Under the pieces are notes generated by a model. It was not told where the DNA came from. It worked only from the letters and a program-made list of their open reading frames with translations, and made no database searches. 64,000 nucleotides of DNA from Candidatus Bathyarchaeota archaeon (GTDB lineage: Archaea; Thermoproteota; Bathyarchaeia; Bathyarchaeales; Bathycorpusculaceae), in the NCBI GenBank assembly GCA_963775685.1, contig CAVZJV010000014.1, positions 832,001 through 896,000 of the forward strand, read 5' to 3'. This document shows positions 39,601 through 50,095 of the stretch, piece after piece. The position numbers were made by a program, and so were the translations under genes. Numbering within the stretch: the stretch's first letter is position 1; each line of letters begins with the position of its first letter.

Positions 39601-40128
39601 ATGCAGAAGCTACAGCGGCTATTCATAATTGCACTCTTCGGCTCAATCATCTTCGTAACCAACATATTCCTCCCTTCCCCGCTCAACTATCTCATCATAG
39701 TTGTCCAAGCCGTTCTGCTCGCTTTAAGTGGGCTGTTTATCCCAAAAATAGGCGCTATGTCCGCGGGTGCAGTTGGAGGACTTCTAACAGCGCTCATCGG
39801 CGGTGGAGCTTTAGGGCCGTTTACCTTTTTCTTTGCGTTCCTCTTCGGAGTATATGTAGATGTCTTTTTGTCCTTCTTTAAAGTAAAAGGTTCTCCTCAA
39901 GGCACAAGCCGCAACAGGCTTATAGCGGCAATGGCGGTAAGCACCCTTTTGATTGCAGTTTCGAGCTATTTGTCGTTTACAACTGGGTTTTTCTATTTTA
40001 GTTTGCTTGTTGAACGCAGCGCCTTGCTGGATGCTCTTGTAATGTTCATGGGTCCAGTCACGGGTGCCGTGGCAGGGTATGCTGCTTCTTATCTGTGGAA
40101 TAAGTACCTGCGGCATATTAGCGTCTAA
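39601..40128 (+). CDS. Integral membrane protein, ECF S-component-like
   Basis: Five to six hydrophobic helices; IIALFGSI leader; Gly-rich GAVAGY near the C-terminus. Confidence 0.6.
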   Translation: MQKLQRLFIIALFGSIIFVTNIFLPSPLNYLIIVVQAVLLALSGLFIPKIGAMSAGAVGGLLTALIGGGALGPFTFFFAFLFGVYVDVFLSFFKVKGSPQGTSRNRLIAAMAVSTLLIAVSSYLSFTTGFFYFSLLVERSALLDALVMFMGPVTGAVAGYAASYLWNKYLRHISV

Positions 40129-40394
40129 AGTTGCAGTTCCCTGATTTTTTGGTCAACAAGCTTGGCAATCATCAAATTAGAAATAAACACACACCGAACA
40201 CCCAAAAGTTCAGCGAGTTCGGCGGGTTTCTGGTCCTGAGTCACCAAAACCAGCTTATGCTTGCCCGCGTACTCCACAACATCGCGGTCTTTAGCACTCT
40301 TCAAACCTGCTTCTTGCGCAGTCAAAACCTCATAGCCTAAAGTCTCCAAATACTCCTTTAGCCCAGCGTACATTTCGTCAAGCAGAATCTTCAT
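40125..40394 (-). CDS. DUF5615 PIN-like protein
   Basis: MKILLDEM..LGYEV..AKDRDVVEYA..LVTQD. Confidence 0.8.
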   Translation of the reverse strand: MKILLDEMYAGLKEYLETLGYEVLTAQEAGLKSAKDRDVVEYAGKHKLVLVTQDQKPAELAELLGVRCVFISNLMIAKLVDQKIRELQL

Positions 40395-40435
40395 ACTTCT
40401 CAGTTTTGCAGTTAAATTATTTAGCTTTTACCGTC

Positions 40436-41068
40436 CTAGTCGATGAGTAGTAATGCAAAGGATTCTGGGTTTTTGGCGAATGGGAAAGTAACTGTTATCC
40501 CAGCGTTGGCTGCAGTTTTTTTCACGTTGACCCCAACGGCATCTTCGGACCAGCGGGCCAAATTTGGATGAGCACAAATTTTTGTTTCGATGTTGCATTT
40601 CTCGCAAAGTTGACAGTGTCCAGAAACGAACGATAAGGCTAAACTGTAGCCTTTGTTCATAGCGGCTTTTTCCAAGCCAACTACTTTCTGCAACATTTTG
40701 CGTTTGTCGTCTTTCCAGTCCTGCCAGAACTTCGCGGCTTTCTCCTTGATTTCCTTACTAACGGTTGGGTCTGTTTCAGCAACCATCAGTTTTGCAAGCA
40801 CCTCTGGTTCAGCTTGGGCGTTGGAGGTGAATTTCATGAACATTGCGTAGCTGTATTCTGAGACAATTTTGCGAAATGCCTCTGCGGTCGGAGTGTAGGG
40901 TGGGCAGGCGAGGGTTTTGCCATGGTGGTTGCAGCCGACCTTGCATTTGAGTACAACACGGTCTTCAACGACAACTTTGCTAGTTGGAATGATTTTAGCG
41001 TCGACGGCTCCCTTTTCGAGAGCTAACTTTATAAGAAACTGGAAATTTTCAGTGCTTTCTAAGGACAT
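40436..41068 (-). CDS. DUF2284 predicted metal-binding protein
   Basis: RVVLKCKVGC..CPPYTP..GHCQLCEKC..C.HP..AR.S.DAVGVNV.KT. Confidence 0.85.
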   Translation of the reverse strand: MSLESTENFQFLIKLALEKGAVDAKIIPTSKVVVEDRVVLKCKVGCNHHGKTLACPPYTPTAEAFRKIVSEYSYAMFMKFTSNAQAEPEVLAKLMVAETDPTVSKEIKEKAAKFWQDWKDDKRKMLQKVVGLEKAAMNKGYSLALSFVSGHCQLCEKCNIETKICAHPNLARWSEDAVGVNVKKTAANAGITVTFPFAKNPESFALLLID

Positions 41069-41264
41069 TTACTTTACTACCTTTTGGGCTTGACGGTGAC
41101 TTTTAATATAAACATTTAGCAGTGATGACGATTTTTGCCATGTTTACCTTTTGTTCATAAGCATTCGCTTGGTTCTAGTTTACACTTTTGCGTTTCAAAG
41201 GAAAATTTCCTTATGCTAAAATCCAGAAAAGCACAATTATCAATAAGCTAGGAATAGATTAAAA

Positions 41265-41960
41265 GAAAATAGGTACTAAAATCACAATTGCTGCCGTAAC
41301 CATTGTAGCTGCAGTTGTAATAATCAGCGGTTATGTTTTCTTAAACGTGCAGTTGCCCATGGAACAAAAAGAACAGACAAAACAATCCCGACTACAACGG
41401 GCAAGCGTGAAAATATCGGCTTCAAAATTGAATGGAACGTCGACTGCAAACAACCACAAAAAACAGTATAGGGGTTACCTGCAAGTTAGAAGCCCCAAAG
41501 GGGCGCATAGAGGATTTGACTGGAGTAACAACCGAAGCTTTTGACGATTCCTCACAACTGACGATTAATGCTCAAGGAAACTATCTAACTCAAATAAAGG
41601 ACTGATTGTAAGCCACAAAGTAGACATAATAATAAAACCCCCATCAATAGCCAAATGCCTGGACATAACCACCTTAAACGGCAATATAGTTAAGCCCCAA
41701 CTTAACGAAACCGTAATCACAGCATCAACAACAATGGTAATGCAGACATTAGTGACGATAACGCAACCACCATAAATGCGTCAAGCTTAAATGGCAACGT
41801 CAACGTCAAGCTGAGAGGAGGCACCTTATGCCAAGTTGATGCCAACACGGCCAACGGACATTTAACTTCCAAGGAATAGCATTGAACACAAGCAACAAAC
41901 CTCAACTGATCTAACTGGCAGCACTTCAGGCGGCCAAGGAAACCTTGAGCTAATATTCTC
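41265..41960 (+). pseudogene. Degraded DUF4097-like beta-repeat membrane-anchored protein
   Basis: TM leader, then TTLNGNI, SSLNGNVNV and NTANGHL repeats across stops and frameshifts. Confidence 0.6.
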
Positions 41961-42121
41961 AACCGCAAACAGAAACATAACAATAGAGTACTTCTCTCAG
42001 TAAAACCAGTTTTTTTCTTTTTTGTTTCTCCGCTATGAGCTCTTTAATGAGCGTTGTTTATCTGCTTGTTAAAAAAACCTTATAGTATATCACAAACGCC
42101 TAATCTATTGCATGTGAGACT

Positions 42122-42831
42122 TTGGTAATGCTCAGTAAGTCGATTTGGGCGGGAATACTGCTGGTACTGATTTGGCTATTGGCTTGTCCTCAGTTCTGCG
42201 CAACCGGACAAACTCAAACCAAAACAACCTTTGCCCCCCAAGACAAATTCAGCATTCCCCAATACAACAGCACTATAAATTTTGCCCTAAACGGCCCCTA
42301 CTCAAAGGCAGCTTTGGAAAATGGTGCTTGGACATTTAAGAATTTGAAGTTGGATTCTCAAAATCTTAGTTTTTTGGGACTCAACGCAACCCAGGGTTTG
42401 GGAGACCTGAGTTTCTGCCCAAAACTCCAATATTACAATTTTAGCTTTCATTTCAGTCAATTACTCTATCCCAGTTGATTTGCTATCCTATTATGCAGAG
42501 GGCACGGGCAATCAAACCCGTGAATCTGGGGCTGAATTCTTCGCGGTCTTCAAGTGAGGAGTGGAGCGTTATTGTCTCGGACAGCGTCTTTTTGCCTCTG
42601 GGTCAAGGTTGGAGTCTTTTGCCTGACGACTCAGTGCTTGTATGGGGGAAGACGGGAAATGTGACTGTTCTACACTTTGTCTTCAATGCGGAATACAATA
42701 GCTTGTCTTTCTTTCTGCAACACTACGTCGGCATATCCACAGCCATATTGTTGATTGCAACGGCTGCTATTGCAGCAACCGTAAGGTATAAGTCAAAAAG
42801 AAAGCGAACCCCAACACCTGCCGATAAATAA
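42122..42831 (+). pseudogene. Secreted, C-terminally anchored hypothetical protein, frameshifted
   Basis: Signal peptide in 42122-42478; C-terminal TM plus basic tail in 42475-42831. Confidence 0.6.
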
Positions 42832-43184
42832 TAAAAGGAAATTGACTTTTAGGACTATCCGAAAATGCTTTTGCATCTCTTGGAAGAAGAAATGTTGTTT
42901 TGCAGAGTTTTTTTGGGATGCTTTCTTGTTTAGGGTTTGTGGTTTTTGCAGGCTGCGTCTGGGAAGGTCCCAAACAGTTAGTTTTGCAGTTGCCAAGTCT
43001 GAGCCTTTTCCAACATTGACTGGGCTAACTTCTGCATTTACCGTAGTGATGGTTGCTAGTTTAAGCGTTTGGTTGCATCTTTACTTCGAGGAGCATCGAT
43101 AATGAGAACCTTTCCAAATACTAAAAACCATCATTATCGATATGAAAGTTGGCTTAAACTCTGTCTTGCAAGCGCAAGGATAAT

Positions 43185-44384
43185 ATGAGAGTCTTGGATT
43201 TGTGTGTGTGCACTGAAGGTGCCGTTGCTATAAAAAGCAAGATAAGTTCTATTGGCTATGTTAATAAGATCCAAGAAAACATCATGTGCATCAGAAAAAG
43301 AGAACTTGCACCACTCTACGAAGACCTGAAAGCTGCGGATTGCGTTATCTGTGGAGGATCAGGCAGATCACTTTATTCGCTTAACGCAGCTATGAGCCAG
43401 ATTGCGCTAAGCCAAGCGGGCTGGCGAAACAAGGTTGTTTTGACACCTGATGATCCTGGTTTTCCGGGAAAAAGCATGTATGACGCCGCACCGGATTTAG
43501 AACGTCGCTATAAAAAGACATTGTTGCTCATGAACTCTGGAAGCGGTTACAGTGATGACCCTTTGGTTATGGCGCAAGATTTAGCAAGGTATATTGAAGA
43601 GAAAAAATCCACACATTTCTCCATGGGGCTCTTAACATCAGCGTTATCATCGCCTTTAGCTGAAATCACAGAAAAGTATGGTCAAGTTGTCCAGCTTAAG
43701 GGACGGGGAAAATTCAAACCGGGGCAAGAATACGCTGAAACTGGAATGATGGGTGACATCTTTGAGCTCGGTACACTTGAGCTTCTAAATAGCATGATTG
43801 AATCGATATTCCGCAACCTCGAAGTCGGCGACGTCTTCCGATTGTGTGAAGAAGAATTCGAAAAAGTAGGCGATATGATAGATTCCAACGTCAATTCAGA
43901 AACCTATAGCCAACTCGTCGATATCATGGAAAAACGAACTAATGTGTTCTTGGGCGGAAAAGGCACAGGAAATGAAATTGCCAAAATGACAGGTGTAAGA
44001 CTCTTCCACATAAAAAGCTTCCTTGGTGATAACGTCTACATAACCAGAGGCGTCAACACGCCACACCCAAGAGCGGGCGATTTGGAAATTTTGCTATCAT
44101 TCTCAGGCGAAACCAGACCCGTCATCATCTGGGCAGATGTGCTCAAGAAATTTGGCGGAACAGTGTTTGCGATAACAGGCAACAAAGACTCAACACTAGC
44201 AAAGAAAGCTGACCTAAAAATCATATTGCCCGAAGAAGTCAAGCCATCGACTCCAAGACGATTCTACACCAGAGCAGCCTACGTGCTAAGCCCGTTGCCG
44301 GTGAAGCTTGCGGAACGACTGGGCGAGCGAGGACTTAACCTGCCCGAATACATCATCAGTTGGTACCATTCTGTAACCCAATAG
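43185..44384 (+). CDS. Tandem SIS-domain sugar-phosphate isomerase-like protein (PHI/HxlB-related)
   Basis: GSGRS..NSGSG..SPLA..MGDIFE (domain 1); GKGTG..GDLEILLSFSGET..AITGNKDSTLAKKAD (domain 2). Confidence 0.75.
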   Translation: MRVLDLCVCTEGAVAIKSKISSIGYVNKIQENIMCIRKRELAPLYEDLKAADCVICGGSGRSLYSLNAAMSQIALSQAGWRNKVVLTPDDPGFPGKSMYDAAPDLERRYKKTLLLMNSGSGYSDDPLVMAQDLARYIEEKKSTHFSMGLLTSALSSPLAEITEKYGQVVQLKGRGKFKPGQEYAETGMMGDIFELGTLELLNSMIESIFRNLEVGDVFRLCEEEFEKVGDMIDSNVNSETYSQLVDIMEKRTNVFLGGKGTGNEIAKMTGVRLFHIKSFLGDNVYITRGVNTPHPRAGDLEILLSFSGETRPVIIWADVLKKFGGTVFAITGNKDSTLAKKADLKIILPEEVKPSTPRRFYTRAAYVLSPLPVKLAERLGERGLNLPEYIISWYHSVTQ

Positions 44385-44402
44385 ACTGCTCAAAAAAGAG
44401 CC

Positions 44403-45849
44403 TTAAATCCAGCTTACTTGGTTTTTTAGCCAGAAGGGTTTGCCCAAGAGGAACTCTGTTAGAAACTCGGCAAAATCCTCATTTTCACTGTAAACTTTTG
44501 AGCACTTCTCTGTTAACGAAGACTTCGAGGTTTTTCTTGAATGTTTTTGCAATCAAATCGGCAATGCCAATGTTTTTGCCTCCATCCGCCAACTTTTCCT
44601 TGAGAAGCACAACGGCATCGGTTGTTTTGCGGGGCAACTCAACTATCCATCGTCCATCTTCTATGTAGGGTCCAGAAATTACTCTTTCATTGCCCGAGTA
44701 TTTTGATAAGTATTTTTCGCATTCGGCTTCCCGCTCTAGCGGCGGACCAAGATGCTTCTTGATGTCGGGCAGAATTTGCTGTTCAAGCTCAAAGATGAAG
44801 ACGCTTAGGGTTTTTTCGTTGCTCCAGACTGCGTCTTTAAGCACCTTGTAGTCGCTAAGTTCAAGTAGCGTTCGCAGTGAACGTTTTGACTTGTAGAGTT
44901 GCCCCCAGAGAACGTCGGGAACAGCCTTCAGCTCGCCCATAACTAAGAATATGATGGATGAGCCGCGGTTTGCCAATTGTTCCTTCAATGCTTCAGCTGT
45001 TAAAACTTCGGGTTTGGGTGGATAAAAGAAGGCTTCGCGGGGTGTTTTCAGAAATGCTCTTGATGCGCCGATGAAAGTATAGAGTTTTTGGGGCTGAACT
45101 GCTGAGGCGACGTTTCTGCCCTTATCCACGGGGTCGACAATCACAAGTGGCTCGGGGAAAAGTAGGGCGAGCTCGTTTTGTCTTTCGGCATAGAAGCCTT
45201 CCAGGTCAATTACCAACCGCCGATTGTATTTTGCGAAGACGCCCATTGTTTCTGTGAAGGAGCCAAACTTCATTATCAGGAGTTCGCAGAGGTAGCCGCT
45301 GAAACCGCCAACCTTAATCTCCGCACCATAAACATTTGTTGCCTGCATGAACTTTTTTAGGAGCCGAACCTCACCCAGCAACTGCTTGCCCAAGTGGGTT
45401 TTGATGTAGTCGGTATGGTAGGGTGTTCTGTCAGTTGCGCTTTGCCATTCTCCTGGCTTAGCATCGTAGCATGGCACAATGTCTACTCGGTGACCTTCAA
45501 GGAAGATTTCAAGGTAGGGGTGCTCAGCAAAACGTTCAACCTGCTTCGCGTCGCCGGCTGCTTTTTTAGCAATTTTCAACCCCACATCGCCAAGGCTTTT
45601 GCGCGGAATAGACGTTGGTAGACGCATGAAAATGTCGATGTCCAAACTGTCGCTTAGCCACGTGTCCTTTGCCACTGAACCTTCCACGCGAACGATGGCG
45701 TTTACGCCTTCTTGTTGGCAGGCTAAGCTGATTTTCTGCTCTAAATTCCTGGTTAATGCTTCAACTTTTGCATAGTCCCCTTTTGTGGGGGTTATTTTTT
45801 CCAAAATCTGCTTAGTTAAAGATTCTATTTCCTTCTCCATTTGCATCAT
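44403..45849 (-). CDS. cca: Class I CCA-adding enzyme (C-terminal indel near 44495)
   Basis: GSVAKDTWL..DIDIF, AEHPY, DRTPYH, GFSGYLCELL, DPVDKGRNVA; tail FAEFLTEFLLGKPFWL in the shifted frame. Confidence 0.93.
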
Positions 45850-45850
45850 T

Positions 45851-46414
45851 TTACGGGCAGTATTCTTTTAGTGTTGAGTAAGTGGGACCTTTAGGCGAGA
45901 GCTGACTTTTCTTGAGCTTCAAACAATCCGCTCTTATGATGCCGAAATCATAGTTCTCCTGCTTCTGAACCAAATCAACCAGCCGCTGCTTATTAGCGCC
46001 TGATCGCACCCGCGCAATAGTCAAATGTGGCGTAAACCCGTTGGGGTCAGGTGTGAAACCAAGCTCTTGGATTTGGGGTTCAAGCTGCTCAAAGATGCTT
46101 GTGAGTTGTTGGGCGCCATCGGTGATTCCTGCCCAAACCACCCGTGGATAATTAAGAGTTGGAAATACGCCTAGCCCTGAGAGACGAATGTTAAAAGGGC
46201 TGAATTTTACGTTCTTCATGACAACATATACTTTCTCTACCATTTCGGGGCTGATTGCGCCAAGAAAGCGAAGAGTAATATGAATGTTAGTTGGCTCGAC
46301 AAGTTTGAGGTCAGCGTTTGTTTGGATTAACAGTTTTTGCGCTGCGGCAAGCCTGCTTAATACATTGTCGTTTTTCATATCGAAAGCGATGAAGCTTCTT
46401 ATTTGCTCAGACAT
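45851..46414 (-). CDS. thpR: RNA 2',3'-cyclic phosphodiesterase (2H family)
   Basis: RSFIAFD, HITLRFLG, PRVVWAG and PHLTIAR; adjacent to cca. Confidence 0.93.
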   Translation of the reverse strand: MSEQIRSFIAFDMKNDNVLSRLAAAQKLLIQTNADLKLVEPTNIHITLRFLGAISPEMVEKVYVVMKNVKFSPFNIRLSGLGVFPTLNYPRVVWAGITDGAQQLTSIFEQLEPQIQELGFTPDPNGFTPHLTIARVRSGANKQRLVDLVQKQENYDFGIIRADCLKLKKSQLSPKGPTYSTLKEYCP

Positions 46415-46507
46415 TAATTGTTCCTTCCAGTATTTTTAACACATAACCCTCATAAATGCTTTTTAATCAAGGATGCTGCTATACAACCAAAAAAAGGGTA
46501 ACTTAAC

Positions 46508-47074
46508 GTGAACGCTGACAAACTAGTTATCGGTTTAGCGGGGATGCCTGGTTCAGGAAAATCTTTGGTCGTTGACTCAGCACTTGAGATGGGTTATGCG
46601 GTTGTAGTTATGGGCGATGTGGTTAGGCAAGAAACCCTTAAGAGGGGGTTGGAGCTGACGCCGCAGAACGTGGGGAAAGTCATGCTGCAACTGCGGGAAG
46701 AGGACGGAAACTATGTAATTGCAAAGAAGTGCATCCCAAAAATTGAAGAACGCTCTAGCCCCAAAGTGCTCGTGGACGGCTTGCGAAGCCTCTACGAAGC
46801 CGACATCTTCAAAGAATATTTCACCAAGTTCAGCCTTGTCGCCGTTCACGCTTCTCCAGAAACGCGTTTTAACCGCCTCTTCAACCGCCGCCGAAGCGAC
46901 GACCCAGCTGAATGGAAAGTTTTTCATGAACGGGACATGCGTGAGCTTGGGGTTGGTTTGGGAAATGTTATAGCGATGGCTCAGCAGGTAATAGTCAACG
47001 ATAATAGCTTCGAGCAGGTTAAGGCTAAAGTTAAAGAGTCTTTGATGAGGATTGAGGAGAAATGGTTGAAGTAA
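46508..47074 (+). CDS. UPF0200 P-loop nucleotide kinase-like protein
   Basis: GMPGSGKS, MGDVVR, DGLRS, RSDDP and ERDMRELGVG. Confidence 0.85.
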   Translation: MNADKLVIGLAGMPGSGKSLVVDSALEMGYAVVVMGDVVRQETLKRGLELTPQNVGKVMLQLREEDGNYVIAKKCIPKIEERSSPKVLVDGLRSLYEADIFKEYFTKFSLVAVHASPETRFNRLFNRRRSDDPAEWKVFHERDMRELGVGLGNVIAMAQQVIVNDNSFEQVKAKVKESLMRIEEKWLK

Positions 47075-47460
47075 CTGTTTTTGTGGAAACAGAAATTTAT
47101 CCTACTGAAAGCGAAGAAAGCGTTAAAGCTGCTGTCAATAACGTTTTGGGCAACGCAATCATAACTGTAAAGTCCTCCGTTAAAGGCAGCCAATTAACTG
47201 CAGTAGCGAAAGGGCAAGATTCCCTTATCAAACTCCGCAACATGATGCGCAATGACCGCGTCCGAGACGCTTCTCGAAGATTTCTCTTCAAATCAATCAG
47301 GGGCAATATGATATCTTTCTGTTTAAACAAGCAGGTGGCTTTTGCAGGGCACGTTTCCTTCTCTGAAGAAACGGCAGAATCTCCATTGGGTCCCATAAAA
47401 TTCAACATTGAAACTGAAAATCCTCAGCAAGTTATCGATTGGCTTGCAGAGAAAACATAG
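47062..47460 (+). CDS. UPF0201 predicted RNA-binding protein
   Basis: PTESEESV..A, LNKQVAFAG, ESPLGPI and IDWLA. Confidence 0.85.
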   Translation: MVEVTVFVETEIYPTESEESVKAAVNNVLGNAIITVKSSVKGSQLTAVAKGQDSLIKLRNMMRNDRVRDASRRFLFKSIRGNMISFCLNKQVAFAGHVSFSEETAESPLGPIKFNIETENPQQVIDWLAEKT

Positions 47461-47475
47461 GTAGAAGGACAGTTT

Positions 47476-48495
47476 TTGGCTGAAAGGGCTAAGGTAACTA
47501 AGAGTGGCGCGGTTTTGTTAGGTGACAATGTTGCCTGTGATGCCCACGATGAATCAAGACCTCTGCGGGTTGTAACTCATGCTCATGCCGATCACCTTTA
47601 TGGTTTACGAAGCAGCCTCAAATGCTGCGAGAAGGTTTTGATGACTAAAGCCACCCGTGACCTAACCCAAACGCTAAACAATTCGCTCAAACTCAAAGAT
47701 TCTGTAGCCGTAAAAACCTTGGAATATGGCAAAGTCCTAAAGTATGGCGGCGAAAAAATCAGCCTAATCAAAGCTGAACACATCTTGGGAGCAGCGCAGG
47801 TTTTAGTCGAGGACGCTGGTGGCATACGCATTGTTTGGACGGGCGATTTCAGGATAGATGGTACACCTGTTGTTGATTGTGATGTTTTGGTTGTTGAGGC
47901 AACGTATGGGAGGCCTTCTTGCCGACGCAATTTTGATGTTGACGTACGTGAACTTTTGGTTTCCATGATAGAGAAACGCCTTCGCGGCGGCGCTGTTTAC
48001 GTTTTTGGTTACCATGGTAAAATCCAGGAAATCATGCAAATTCTACGCAACGCAGATGTTGAAGTTCCCTTTGTTATGCCTGAACGAGTTTATGAGGTCA
48101 CTAAAGTCTGTGAGAAACATGGGATGCGGCTGGGGTGTCTTTCACTCTCAACCGACAAGGAAGGGCATGAACTTTTAGACGGCAACTTGCCTTGTGTAGC
48201 TTTCTACCACATGAATCAACGCCAACATGTTGGGTTGCGGAATGCTCGGATCTGCGTCAGTGGTTGGGAGTTTCATGCTCCCTGTCGACAAATCGGCGAC
48301 CGAGAACATCTCATTGCGCTTAGCGACCACTCAGATTTTGACGGGTTAATCGAATATGTTAAGCGCTCAAAAGCAAAGCAGGTTATAACTGACAACTACC
48401 GAAGCAACGGTGACGCCTTAGCCAAAGAAATCAATAAACGCTTAGGCGTTTCCGCAGTTGCCATGCCTAGAACTAATGGTCAAACAACCCTTTGA
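47476..48495 (+). CDS. Metallo-beta-lactamase/beta-CASP nuclease-like protein
   Basis: THAHADH, HILGA, TGDF, EATYG and LSDHSDF. Confidence 0.88.
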   Translation: MAERAKVTKSGAVLLGDNVACDAHDESRPLRVVTHAHADHLYGLRSSLKCCEKVLMTKATRDLTQTLNNSLKLKDSVAVKTLEYGKVLKYGGEKISLIKAEHILGAAQVLVEDAGGIRIVWTGDFRIDGTPVVDCDVLVVEATYGRPSCRRNFDVDVRELLVSMIEKRLRGGAVYVFGYHGKIQEIMQILRNADVEVPFVMPERVYEVTKVCEKHGMRLGCLSLSTDKEGHELLDGNLPCVAFYHMNQRQHVGLRNARICVSGWEFHAPCRQIGDREHLIALSDHSDFDGLIEYVKRSKAKQVITDNYRSNGDALAKEINKRLGVSAVAMPRTNGQTTL

Positions 48496-48549
48496 GTTCA
48501 AGGTTTCTGGGTAAGGTTTGGTTAAAGTTTAAATGCAGAAAATCAAACA

Positions 48550-48566
48550 GTCACTTGCAAAGTGAC
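48550..48566. promoter_or_regulatory. Palindrome GTCACTT-GCA-AAGTGAC immediately before mvaA
   Basis: 7-3-7 inverted repeat between the TATA-like TTTAAAT and the ATG at 48573. Confidence 0.4.
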
Positions 48567-48572
48567 ACAAAA

Positions 48573-49844
48573 ATGGCTAAGTCATCTGTAATCTCAGGTT
48601 TCTACAAACTTTCGCCCAAGGAACGTTTAGCAATTATCAAAGATTTGGCAGGTTTAACTGATGATGAGGTGCGTTTGCTTGAAAACACTGGTGCGTTGCC
48701 CTTGGATGTTGCAGACCATATGGTTGAAAACGTCATCGGTGTCTTTCCCGAGCCAATGGGTGTTGCTGTTAACTTTCAAATCAATGGCAAAGACTACCTT
48801 ATTCCGATGGCGACCGAAGAGCCTAGTGTGATAGCGGCGGCAAGTTACGCAGCAAAGATGGTTCGTGATGGCGGCGGGTTCCATACTAGTAGTACCTCGC
48901 CAGTTATGATTGGTCAGATCCAAGTTGTTAAAATCAAAGATGCAGAGGCGGCGAAAAAGCAAGTTTTGGGTGCAAAAGCTGAAATCCTGAAGAAAGCAAA
49001 TGATCAGGACCCTGTGCTTAATTCATTTGGTGGCGGAGCCAAAGACCTCGAAGCTCGAGTCATCGAAACTTCTATGGGTCAAATGCTGGTCGTTCACTTG
49101 TTTGTTGACTGCCGAGACGCCATGGGCGCCAATGCCGTTAACACTATGGCTGAAGCCGTTTCCCCAATGATTGAGGTACTAACAGGTGGACACGTTTACC
49201 TACGCATCATTTCCAACTTGGCTGTTAAACGCCTTGCCAAAGCATTGTGTACTGTTCCCAAAGAAGCCGTGGGAGGCGAAGCAGTCGTTGATGGCATTGC
49301 TTATGCTTCAGCTTTTGCAGCGGCCGATCCTTATCGAGCCGCTACACACAACAAAGGAGCCCTCAACGGTATAATCGCAGTTGTTTTAGCTACTGGCAAC
49401 GACCATCGTGCCATCGAAGCAGGAGCACACGCCTATGCAGCATTGAACGGCCCCTACACTAGCATATCGAAATGGATCAAAAACATAAAAGGGGACTTAG
49501 AAGGCTCTATCGAGTTACCCATGGCGGTTGGCTTAATCGGCGGTGCAGTAAAAACTCACCCGATCGCCCGAATCGCAATGAAAATCCTCAACGTCAAGTC
49601 CGCCAACGAATTCGCCGAAGTCTTAGCAGCTGTCGGCTTAGCACAAAACCTCGGTGCCCTTCGAGCGTTGTCAAGCGAAGGTATCCAGCGCGGCCACATG
49701 TCACTGCATGCAAGAAACATTGCTGTCATCGCAGGCGCTAAAGATACGCAAATTGACTTGGTTGCTGAGCGGATGGTTAAGGAACGCAAAGTCCGAGTAG
49801 ACCGCGCTAAAGAAATCCTTGATGAAATGTCCAAAAAAACATAA
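48573..49844 (+). CDS. mvaA: Class II HMG-CoA reductase
   Basis: ENVIG, PMATEEPSVIAA, DAMGANAVNT, RAATHNKG, GLAQNLGALRAL..EGIQRGHM. Confidence 0.95.
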   Translation: MAKSSVISGFYKLSPKERLAIIKDLAGLTDDEVRLLENTGALPLDVADHMVENVIGVFPEPMGVAVNFQINGKDYLIPMATEEPSVIAAASYAAKMVRDGGGFHTSSTSPVMIGQIQVVKIKDAEAAKKQVLGAKAEILKKANDQDPVLNSFGGGAKDLEARVIETSMGQMLVVHLFVDCRDAMGANAVNTMAEAVSPMIEVLTGGHVYLRIISNLAVKRLAKALCTVPKEAVGGEAVVDGIAYASAFAAADPYRAATHNKGALNGIIAVVLATGNDHRAIEAGAHAYAALNGPYTSISKWIKNIKGDLEGSIELPMAVGLIGGAVKTHPIARIAMKILNVKSANEFAEVLAAVGLAQNLGALRALSSEGIQRGHMSLHARNIAVIAGAKDTQIDLVAERMVKERKVRVDRAKEILDEMSKKT

Positions 49845-50095
49845 GTCTTTTGTTTTTCCCCAAATCTTTTCAACCCACCCCTTTTTCTCAAAGTGGAAAT
49901 CCTGAGAGGAGAGGGCTACTTATGGTATTAGGTTTCTTTTCAACAAAGCGGCCCCCTTTAAGTAATCTGTAAGATACAAAGCTATGTCATGGCAGGGGTC
50001 ATATTCTGAGGTCTAACTTGGTTGTCACTTTTACGATAGTGTTTTAATTGGACGTTGAACTCTTCCATAAACTAATTCGAAGGAGATCGATAAAT

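Noticed and set aside
41120-41180. GTGATGA box C-like word (also ATGATGA near 12934)
   Set aside because: No correctly spaced CTGA D or D' boxes follow.
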